Assembly: GCF_006345805.1 (NCBI RefSeq)
Contig: NW_021832420.1
Span: forward strand, 1-60,830
Origin: Octopus sinensis
Lineage: Eukaryota
Direction: 5' to 3'
DNA: 60,830 bases
The translations under genes and the position numbers were made by a program. Positions 50,330 through 60,830 of this stretch are shown here, piece after piece; position 1 is the stretch's first letter; every line of letters begins with the position of its first letter. The notes under the pieces were generated by a model. The model was not told the DNA's origin. It did not search any database and saw only the letters and a list, made by a program, of their open reading frames with translations.

Positions 50330-50530
50330 ACAGACAGAATTGCAGAAGGCAAGTGCACACGAGGTGGACAGAGAAAGAGCTTCAAGGACGCATTTGAAGC
50401 GTCGCTGGAGATCAACATCAACACCTGGGAAATACAAGCACAACACTGCCCTTCCTGGTGAAGATACACCAACAGTGCCCCCCCCCACGAATAGAACAAG
50501 GACACAAAGCAAACATTGAACTGTGTAATC
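50330..50530 (+). mobile_element. Degenerate RTE/BovB-like LINE C-terminal fragment
   Basis: ELQ..KCTRGGQRKSFKDAFEASL..NINTWE..AQ..PSW resembles the RTE GGQRKRFKD motif. Confidence 0.7.
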
Positions 50531-51004
50531 CAAACCCACCTCCTTGTCTTCAGTCCCAAAATACAACCAGGACCCAACCTTCGGCAGAGGCTTTTGAGCA
50601 TGCATTGCCTGTATATATATATATATATATATCATCATCATCATCATCATCATCGTTTAATGTCCGTTTTCCATGCTAGCACGGGTTGGACGGTTCGACC
50701 GGGGTCTGGGAAGCCAGGAGGCTGCACCAGGCACCAGTCTGATCTGGCAGTCTTTCTACAGCTGGATGCCCTTCCTATATTTGTACTTTTCTACTCTAGG
50801 CACAAGGTCCAAAATTTTTGGAGAGAGGGCCAGTCAATTAGATTGACCCCAATATGCAACTGGTACTTAATTTATGACTCCAAAAGGATGAAAGGCAGAG
50901 TTCACTACAGCGGAATTTGCACTCAGAACATAATGACAGACGAAATACTGCTAAGCATTTTGCATGGCATGCTAACATTTCTACCAGCCCGCTGCCTTAA
51001 CATA

Positions 51005-51034
<30 letters not shown>

Positions 51035-51037
<3 letters not shown>

Positions 51038-51220
51038 AAGAGGGATGACCACTAAGTGGACATCCATTATGCTAGATGTAGATCCCATATGGTCTGACCA
51101 TTAAGAAAAGATTGTTCTCAAGAAAATTCAGCAAATGCCAGAATGTTCTGACGTTTGCTGAATTTTCTTGAGAACAATCTTTTCTTAGTGGTCAGATCAT
51201 ATGGGGTCATCCCTCTTATA
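51035..51220. repeat. Fold-back inverted repeat (about 60-bp inner arms plus a 16-bp outer pair)
   Basis: CCCATATGGTCTGACC...CAGCAAATGCCAGAA-tg-TTCTGACGTTTGCTG...GGTCAGATCATATGGG, and TATAAGAGGGATGACC / GGTCATCCCTCTTATA. Confidence 0.85.
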
Positions 51221-51333
51221 TGTATGTAATATAATTTTTCTGAATCTTTAGATTTTTCTATATGCTTGACCACTGGTTTTAAATTGATATTAATCAAATC
51301 AATATTCAAGTTTTCACCCTTATTATTTAAATT

Positions 51334-51383
<50 letters not shown>

Positions 51384-51441
51384 TGCGTGTGTGTGTGCGT
51401 GTGTGTGTGTGTGTCTGTCTGTCTATCTGTGTGTGTATATA

Positions 51442-51492
<51 letters not shown>

Positions 51493-51509
51493 ATGTGATG
51501 ATGATGATA

Positions 51510-51548
<39 letters not shown>

Positions 51549-52529
51549 GATGGACTCACTCGAGTTTGCCAAATGACCCGCACAAATGATTTTTTTGCAG
51601 CGATCAAATGATTGTGCCATACATTAGCTCACTTCCTCAATCAAATTGATGTTGCCTGAACAGGTGCTTGGTGTACCAGATGTCAGGTGTCGAAGTAATT
51701 GCACAGCAATCTGAGATGAAGTGTTTTGCTTCAGAACACAACGCTCCACCTGGTCCAGGAATTGAAACCATGATCTCGTGAGTGCAACATCCTAACCACT
51801 GGCCAAGCATCCTCCCTTATAAATATAAGCTAGAGGCTGTACCAGTCTCAATCTGATCTTGCAATGTTTCTACGGATGGATGCCCTTCCTAACACTAACC
51901 ACTCCGTGAGTGTAGTGGGTGCTTTTATGTGTCATGGCACAAGGGCCAGTCAGGCGGTTCTGACAATGACCATGCTCAAAAGGTGTTTTTTACAAGCTAC
52001 CTGAATGGGAGCCTGTCCGGCGGTACTGGCAACAACCACGCTCAAATGTTGTCTTTCATGTGCCAATAAGGCGACGCTGGCAATGATCGAATGGCGCTGT
52101 ACACATGTCACTGGCACAGGAGCCAATCGATGGCCCTGGCAACGATAACACTTGGATGTGCTTCTAACGTTCCACTGGCAAGAGTGCCAATCAGGTGGTA
52201 CTGTCATCGGACACATCAGTGATTTTGATTTGTTTACACTTTCCTGAATAGGTCTTCGCAAGCAAAGTTCATTGTCCAATGAATGAGGGGTACTAATTAG
52301 ACAGAATTGAAACAGTGCTAAATTAGATGGTTTGCATTTGGACAAAGTGGCCTAGTGGTTAGGGTATTTCACTCACAATCACTAGTTCATAGTTTCGATT
52401 CAGGTGGAGTGTTGTGTTATTGAACAAAATATACTTTATTTTCTTTACATTGCCTCAGTCCACTCATCTGTAAATGAATAAACCTGGAATGGACTGGAAT
52501 CTCATTCAGGGGAAATCCTGTGAGCTTTA

Positions 52530-53081
52530 TTCTTTTGTTCTTTTATTTGTTTCAGTCATTTGACTGTGGCCATGCTGGAGCACCTCCTTTAGTCGAGTAA
52601 ATCAACCCTAGGACTTATTCTTTGTTGGCCTAGTACTTATTTTATCGGTCACATTTGCTGAACCACTGAGTTATGGGAATGTAAACACACCAGCATCAGT
52701 TGTCAAATGGTGGTGGTGGTGGTGGTGGAGGTGGGCACAAACACAGATACTCAAACACACATGCATACATATACACACATGCATGCATGCATGCATACAT
52801 ACATACATATATACATACACATGATGGGCTTTCAGTTTCCATCAACCAAATCCACTCACAAGGCTTTTGGTCAGCTCGAGGCTATAGTAGAAGACACTTG
52901 CCCAAGTTGCCATGCAGTGGGACTGAACCTAGAACCATGTGGCTGGTAAGCAAGCCACTTACCACACAGCCAATCCTGGGCCTCGTCACTTATGCACCAT
53001 GGAAACATGGTAACTGGCCCCATGAGCCCTAGAACTTGAAATACAAGAGTTGATGGTGTGTATACACACATACATACATAC

Positions 53082-53112
<31 letters not shown>

Positions 53113-53891
53113 CATACATACGTACATACATACATACATACATACATACATACATACATACATACATACAACATACATAGATACGTACGTACGTACATAC
53201 ATACATGCATGCATGCATACATACATACATACATACATACATACATACATACATACATACATACGTACGTACATACATACATACATACATACATGCATAC
53301 ATACATACATACTTACATATATACTTGTATATATGTATGTATGTATACACACCATCAACTCTTGTATATTGAGATGGTCATTTTATTTAATTTTTTTATT
53401 TTTGCCAAATAAACACACATGCTATATATTTTTTCTTCACTTGTTTATCACTTCATATTTTATTATTTCAACTCCATTGTCTAGAAATATTTTTGTCACA
53501 CCCCTGTGACCTCTTCAGCAACACTTTTTGTTTACACGTGGGTTCTTGCTCCATTTACTCCATTCTGTTCTTCTCTGGAGTAAGTTGAGCAAGGACACGC
53601 ACAGAAACGAAAAGTATCACAGAAGAGGTCAGAGATGTGTGAAGAAAAATTCCCAGATAATGGGCATGAGTTACAATAATAAAATAAGAACAGAAATAAA
53701 CGAGTGAAGAAAAAATATATAGTTTGTAAGCATAGGAGTGGGTGTGTGGTAAGTAGCTTGCTTACGAACTACATGGTACCGGGTTCAGTCCCACTGCATG
53801 GCACCTTGGGCAAATGTCTTCTACTATAGCCTTGGACCGACTAAAGACTTGTGAGTGGATATGGTTGACAGAAACTGAAAGAAACCCATTG

Positions 53892-53982
<91 letters not shown>

Positions 53983-55055
53983 TGTATATGTGTGTGTATT
54001 TGTTTGTATGTCTGTGTTTGTCCCCCCAACATCACTTGACAACCAATGCTGGTGTGCTTACGTCCCCATAACTTAGCGGTTCAGCAAAAGAGACTGATAA
54101 TGTACATAATTCCTCATCTCTTAAACATAGAACTGAGGTCAATTTGTTTGCCTAAAACCCTTTGAGTCAGTGCCCCAGCATGGCCACAGTCTAATGACTG
54201 AAAAAAATTAAAAGATAAAAAAATGATTTAGTCCCTTCCTTCAGTTTGGTCTCTCTGCAAAAGACAAATGCAATGCAATATTGATGAAGACATTTTCACC
54301 TTCTCTATATTATCTCCATGCTCTTTGACAAATTTTCTGCTGGTTCCATCATCGTGTGTGATACCATCAATTAATAATTATTCCTGCTTGCAGCAGAGTA
54401 TGAATCACCATGAACAAATTTTCTCCATCTATCCCTGCTCACTGTCACTGTATTGAGTTCTGTCCATGACTAAACATTGGTACAGTACCATTTTAAGACT
54501 TGGGTTTTCAGTTTCCCTTTTCAGTTATCTATCATACCTTCCTGATCGATCTAGGAAAAAACCAAAACAAAAACAAAAACATGCCAAAACAGACATAGGC
54601 ACAGGAGTGGCTGTATGGTAAGTAGCTTGCTTACCAACCACATGGTACCTAGGTCAGTCCCACTGCGTGGCACCTTGGGCAAGTGTCTTCTACTATAGCC
54701 TTGGCTGACCAATGCCTTGTGAGTGGCTTTTGTAGACGGAAATTAAAAGAAGCCCTTCATATATATGTATGTGTGTCTGTGTTTGTATCCCCCAGCATCG
54801 CTTGACAACTGATGCTGGTGTGTTTGCATCCCCCGTAACTTAGCGGTTCGGCAAAAGAGACCGATAGAATAAGTACTAGGCTTACAATGAATAAGTCCTG
54901 GGGTCGATTTGCTCGACTAAAGGCAGTGCTCCAGCATGGCCGCAGCCAAATGACTGAAACAAGTAAAAGAGAGTGAAGCCTGGTGCAGTCTTCTGCCTGG
55001 CCAGCTCCTGTCAAACCATCCAACCCATACCAGCATGGAAAGCGAATGTTAACTA

Positions 55056-55090
<35 letters not shown>

Positions 55091-55714
55091 GATTTAGCGT
55101 ACATGCACTCATTTGTGTCTGTGTATATACATGTAGTTTATTGTAAATCAGAGCTACAATGCATTCACATTTCTCTGCAAAGTATTGATCAGAATCTGGT
55201 AAATCAAACAGCCACATCAATGAAATATTTACTAATCTTTGCTAATACTCGACGTTATGCATGCCTCAGCATTTCCTCATTGTGCACTTGAATGCAGCTA
55301 CTGTTGTTCTTCAGCTGCTAGTTGTTGTTATTGCTTTCGTTGTAATACTAATGATGGGTAATTCCTGTGAAGCGATGGTTATGTGGTGGCGTTGGTGGTG
55401 GTGGTGGTGGTGGTGGTGGTGGTGGGGTTATTCATGTAGTTATAAGTATATATATATATGACCCACTCACTCTGTCCGATACTCTGCGGACCCAACTCTC
55501 TTCACCAGTGATGACTTACTCTCTTTTACTCATTTGACTGTGGCCATGCTGGAGCACCGCCTTTAGTCGAGCAAATCGACCCCAGGACTTGTTCTTTGTA
55601 AGCTTAGTACTTATTCTATCGTTCTCTTTTGCCAAAGCGCTAAGTTATGGGGGATGTAAACACACCAGCATCAGTTGTCAGGTATTTATTTATATATATT
55701 TATTTATATATATG

Positions 55715-55748
<34 letters not shown>

Positions 55749-55750
55749 AT

Positions 55751-55787
<37 letters not shown>

Positions 55788-55793
55788 ATATAT

Positions 55794-55824
<31 letters not shown>

Positions 55825-56755
55825 TGTGTGTGTGATTATATATATATATATATGTGTGTGTATGTGTGTGTGTGTATATATAATCCTATATATATGTGGT
55901 GTATATATATAATGTATATATATATATATAATGTATGTATATATATATATATATGTATACACACACACACACACACATGATACACACACACACACTTGAT
56001 GCTGATTATATACATGTGCATTTGTGTGCATTAATGCGTGTATGTTAATTAAAAGCTGAGCTTATTCATTCACTGTAATAAATTTCACAGTTTGAAGATT
56101 AACACAATGAAAAAAAAATTTCTAAAATTGAGAGAATATTTTTCAGACTGTTACTACACTCACTGAGAATTTGATGTGTTGGCAGAAAGAGAGAGAACAG
56201 AGCAGATGAGATGAAAGGAAGATACCATAAACAAGAATTGTATTAGGTGAAGAAATCAAACAGAGCATTGCATCTATACAAGAGCAGATAACTCTACGTG
56301 ACTTGAGGATTATATTTAACTCTCTCTCTCTCTCTCTTTTTACTCTTTTACTTGTTTCAGTCATTTGACTGTGGCTATACTGGAGCACTGCCTTTAGTCG
56401 AGCAAATCAACCCCAGGACTTATTCTTTGGAAGCCTAGTACTTATTCTATCGGTCTCTTATGCCGAACAGCTAAACACATCAGCATCGATGTCAAGCGAT
56501 GTTGCGGGGCACACACACACAAACATATACACACACATACATACATACATGCATACATACATATATGCATACATACATATATATATATACGTATATACGA
56601 CAGGCTTCTTTCAGTTTCCATCTACGTAATTCACTCACAAGGCTTTGGTTGGCCTGAGGTTATAGTAGAAGACACTTGCTCAAGTTGCCACACAGTGGGA
56701 CTGAACCCAGAACCATGTGGTTCATAAGCAAGCTACTTACTGCACAGCCACTCTA
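52530..56755. mobile_element. Run of CpG-depleted SINE B copies (52530-52975 -, 53732-54220 +, 54595-54975 +, 55515-55685 -, 56335-56755 -) and microsatellites
   Basis: Diagnostic family B blocks. Confidence 0.85.
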
Positions 56756-57072
56756 TTTACTTGGAAATAAATAAGCAAATCAGGATAGAATGTAGATACA
56801 GGAGATGCAATTATTATTGTTATTATTATTATTATTACTTTTATTCTTATTGGCGTTAGGCGGGGCATCCAGCTGTAGAAACTTTGCCTGATCAGATTGA
56901 GCCTGGTGCAGCCTTCTGGCTCACCAGTTCTCAGTCAAACCATCCACTCCATGCCAGCATGGGAAGTGGACGTTAAATGATGACAACAACAATGATGATG
57001 ATGATGATGATTACTTGTATTGGTACTTATTTAATCGACCCCGAAAGGATGAAAAGTCGTTTCTGCCAGCTC

Positions 57073-57114
<42 letters not shown>

Positions 57115-57599
57115 TCCTTTCTACTATAGGCACAAGGCCTGAAATTAGGTGAGAAGAGTCTAGTTGATGACATTGACACCAATCTTTCACTGGTACTTAG
57201 TTTATTGACCCTGAAAAAATGAAAGGCAAAGTCGACCTCAGTGTAATTTGAACTCAGATCATAAAGACGGATGGAATGTCGCTATGTATTTTGCCCTGCA
57301 TGTTAATGGTTCTTCCAGCTTGCCACCTTAATAATAATCCTTTCTACTATAGGCACATGGCCTGGATTTTGTGGGAAGGGAGACAGTCAATCACATCGAC
57401 CCCAGTACTCAACTGGTGCTTAATTTATCAACACTAAATGGATGAAAGGCAAAGTTGACCTCGGCAGAATTTGAACTCAGAACGTAGCGACAGGTGAAAT
57501 ACCACTAAGTATTTCATCCAGTCAGCTAATGATTCTGCCAGCTCGCCACCTTAATAATAATGATGATGATGATGATGATGATGGAAGTGAAAAGAATTT

Positions 57600-57775
57600 A
57601 TAGTGCTTCAAAAGTGAGTGTGGTACCTACTGTGATTGGTGCACTTGGGGTCATGTCAAAGAGAGCAACATTCTGGTACCCAAAAATGCAAATACCAAAC
57701 TTCTTAGGAAATATTCAGATGGCAGCAATACGTAGAACAGCTCTTGTGTTGAGGAAAGTGTTGCTTCTCTAATCT
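57600..57775 (+). mobile_element. R4/Dong-clade (RLE-endonuclease) non-LTR retrotransposon C-terminal fragment
   Basis: KVSVVPTVIGALGVMSK...IQMAAIRRTALVLRKVL* resembles the VIPxVIGALG...LxxAxILRKVL end of RLE elements. Lies among (TAA)n/(TGA)n. Confidence 0.75.
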
Positions 57776-58084
57776 GCGGGCTAGAGCTAAGATATGACGT
57801 AGAGTAATCTGAAGTTAAGTGAATAAAAAATGATGATGATGATAATAATAATAATAATAATAAATAATAATAATAATAATAATAATAATGATGATGATGA
57901 TGGTGATAACAACAACAACAACAAAAACAACAGCAACAACAACAACAATAATAATAATAATCGTTTCTACTAAAGGCACTAGGCCTGAAATTTGGTGGGA
58001 GGTGACTAGTCATCGACCCCAGTATTTCACTGGTACTTAATTTATTGACCCTGAAAGGATGAAAGGAAAGCTGACCTTGGCAGA

Positions 58085-58162
<78 letters not shown>

Positions 58163-58336
58163 TGATGATGGTGATAACAACAACAACACAAAAAACACAG
58201 CAACAACAACAACAATAATAATAATAATCGTTTCTACTAAAGGCACTAGCCTGAAATTTGGTGGAGGTGACTAGTCATCGACCCCAGTATTTCACTGGTA
58301 CTTAATTTATTGACCCTGAAAGGGTGAAAGGCAAAG

Positions 58337-58397
<61 letters not shown>

Positions 58398-58399
<2 letters not shown>

Positions 58400-58869
58400 T
58401 GCCCTGATGCAGTACCAGGCAGTAGCTCTCATGGCTTCTGATCTTAGCTACATTGTCTATTGCAAATATTCTGCTCAATACCACAGATTTACTTGTCAAT
58501 TGTTTGCCCTTAGCCACTTGAGAATGTCCCTTAGTGGCTGATGATATGGGCAGAGAAGTAGTGGGGGAGCATCATAGCCATGTGTTGAGAGAAATTCTTT
58601 GGAAATTGAATAATTCACCTCTGGAAACAACCCTTATTCAGGGACCTTTTGAGTGGGATGGACTACTTACCCTGGAGAAAATTCTAACTGGGCCACACCT
58701 GCAAGGTCATATACTGTATATCTTGATATGAGATCACCATGTCATGCACATATGGTTGTAAAGAATGTACCTGGTGTATCCTTATCAGGTGAGTAGTCAT
58801 GATGGGTATACTGGGCTTCGTATATTTTGCCCCAATGTCACTTTGATGGCATGCACTGCTCTCTCACTC

Positions 58870-58870
<1 letters not shown>
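58398..58870. mobile_element. Dispersed repeat embedded between (TAA)n tracts
   Basis: Unique-looking 470 bp bounded on both sides by (TAA)n. I recall it as an abundant octopus repeat. Class unresolved. Confidence 0.5.
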
Positions 58871-58905
<35 letters not shown>

Positions 58906-58911
58906 TATAAT

Positions 58912-59205
58912 AAGGTACTGAAACCTATTTGAAAATGATACCAGGCTTACCATCCCTACAGGAAGTGCAAAAAATTGTGTTAACTGAAACGGCTCATGTA
59001 CTGAGAAGAGCACTATCGCTGTGAAAACAACATCCATCCATGAATTTATTTATTTATCTATTTTTTTAAATACATATTTTACCTGTGAATTTGCATGTGT
59101 AATCTGGGAATGCATACAATGAGCTTCTCTGCCCTAGGTGTACGGAAAACACTCGGCGAGAAACAAGAAAATTTGAAGAAAGAAGGGAAAAATAATAACA
59201 ATAAT
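58912..59205 (+). mobile_element. Second R4/Dong-like 3' end with UTR, flanked by (TAA)n
   Basis: ...YLKMIPGLPSLQEVQKIVLTETAHVLRRALSL* followed by a 3' UTR and (TAA)n. Confidence 0.75.
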
Positions 59206-59908
59206 AATAATGATAATAATAATAATACATTGATTAAATAACTGATGAATATTTAGCAGTATTGAAATCGAACCAAAAATTAAAATTACTCTCAACTGAT
59301 TCATTAGTGTAACAGTAGCTAATTGCTGATGCAAATGATTTCCCAATCAATCTATTGATCTTGTTGATTGCTTCACTGGTTGGTTGGCTGGTTGGTTTGT
59401 TTGTTTGTTGGTTGGTCGGTTGGTTTATTGAGATAAATCGGTTGCCAGAAATGGCAGCGTGTTGTATCAATGAAGGACTATTGAATGTTTTCAATAGACA
59501 ATTGCAGCTTGATAAGTAAATGTGAATGAGAACAATAGATGACATTAGAAGATGGTATGGTTCAAAATAATCTCGGGTGGTGATGATGATGAAGAGGAAG
59601 AGGAGGAGAAAGTGATGGGGGTTTTTTTGTGTTTTTTGTTGTTGTGCTTATTGATTACAGTGAATCGTTAATTCATTTAATTATGATATAAACAACACAT
59701 AATTAGGAATAAAGATATATCTTATGTATTTGATAAGATGTAAGAGCAGTTTGAAAAAATAGTGTGTCGGTGGGGGTGGGGGGATACCCATGGAAAATCC
59801 ATAGATGACAAATGTTCAGTTTTATAGGTTTAAATACTTGCAACAAAGTGTATTTAAAGGGGTTGTTTTAATGAAATATACATACATATATTTAATGAAA
59901 AATACATA

Positions 59909-60545
59909 TAGGCGCAGGAGTGGCTGTGTGGTAAGTAGCTTGCTTACCAACCACATGGTTCCCGGGTTCATTCCCACTGCGTAGCACCTTGGGCAGGTGT
60001 CTTCTACTATAGCCTCGGGCCAACCAAAAGCTTGTGAGTGGATTTGGTAGACGGAAACCGAAAAGAAGCCTGTCGCATATTATATATACATATATATATA
60101 TGTGTGTGTGTCTATGTGTGCCTGTGTTTGTCCCCCCAGCATTGCTTGACAACTAATGTTGGTGTGTTTACGTTCCCGTAACTTAACTTAGTGGTTCGGC
60201 AAAAGAGGCCGATAGAATAAGTACTAGGCTTCCAAAGAATAAGTCCTGGGGTCGATTTGCTCGACTAAAGTCGGTGCTCCAGCATGGCCACAGCCAAATG
60301 ACTGAAACAAGTAAAAGAATATAGAGTATATATATGTGTGTGTGTGTATGTATGTTTGTGTGTCTGTGTTTGCCCCCCCCCCCTCCCAGCATTGCTTGAC
60401 AGCCAACTTAGCAGTTTGGCAAAAGAGACTGATAGAATAAGTACTAGGCTTCCAAAGAATAAGTCCTGGGATCGATTTGCTCGACTAAAGGTGGTGCTCC
60501 AGCATGGCCACAGTCAAATGACTGAAACAAGTAAAAGAGTAAAAG
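59909..60545 (+). mobile_element. SINE family B with a tandemly duplicated 3' half
   Basis: The tail block AATAAGTACTAGGCTTCCAAAGAATAAGTCC...GAAACAAGTAAAAGA occurs twice (about 60217 and 60436). Confidence 0.9.
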
Positions 60546-60830
60546 AGATACAACCATATATATAACCGGTTGTGTCGGTAAGAAGCCTCCTTTCCCACCA
60601 TGAGGCCTTGTATTCAGTTTCACTTCACAGCAGCATGCGCAAATCATCATCATTATCATTTAACGTCCGTTTTCCATGCTGGTATGGGTTAGACGGTTTG
60701 ATTGAGTGACTGGCAAGTCAGTAGGCTGCACCAGGCTCCAGTCTGATCTGGCAAGGCTCCTACAGCTGGATGCCCTTCCTAACAACTCTGAGAGTGTAGT
60801 GGGTGTTTTTTTACATGCCACCAGCATGGG

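Noticed and set aside
59241-59275. CTGATGA...GAAATCGA hammerhead-like spacing
   Set aside because: Stem II is poor, there is no U16.1/NUH and no stem I; likely chance.

Overview
Repeat-dense, AT-rich eukaryotic DNA. The SINE and microsatellite repertoire is the one I recognise from octopus (coleoid cephalopod) genomes. I cannot support a host protein-coding gene with confidence. Nearly all ORFs in the supplied track are translations of microsatellites or SINEs. The recognisable coding relics are all transposon-derived: a mariner transposase C-terminus, CR1, RTE and R4/Dong LINE 3' ends. The window holds dozens of tRNA-related SINEs from at least 4 families, Helitron- and Helentron-like non-autonomous elements, hAT and mariner MITEs, and a Merlin-like MITE (8-bp TSD, GG termini) carrying (TTAGGG)n. 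The strongest signal is a set of Penelope-like terminal fragments from about five sequence families, mostly in inverted or fold-back arrangements. They carry minimal type-I hammerhead ribozyme motifs with palindromic stem III: an intact core at 49464-49506 and its mirror, a U3 variant at 9004-9054 and its mirror, and others. One hammerhead lies downstream of a tRNA-like Pol III head (37356-37660). Old repeats keep CpG left of about 32 kb and lose it to the right, which suggests a germline-methylation boundary. A possible signal-peptide exon (minus strand, 10772-10895) is the best host-gene candidate but is unproven. All comparisons were made by eye, and family names come from recall rather than database searches.
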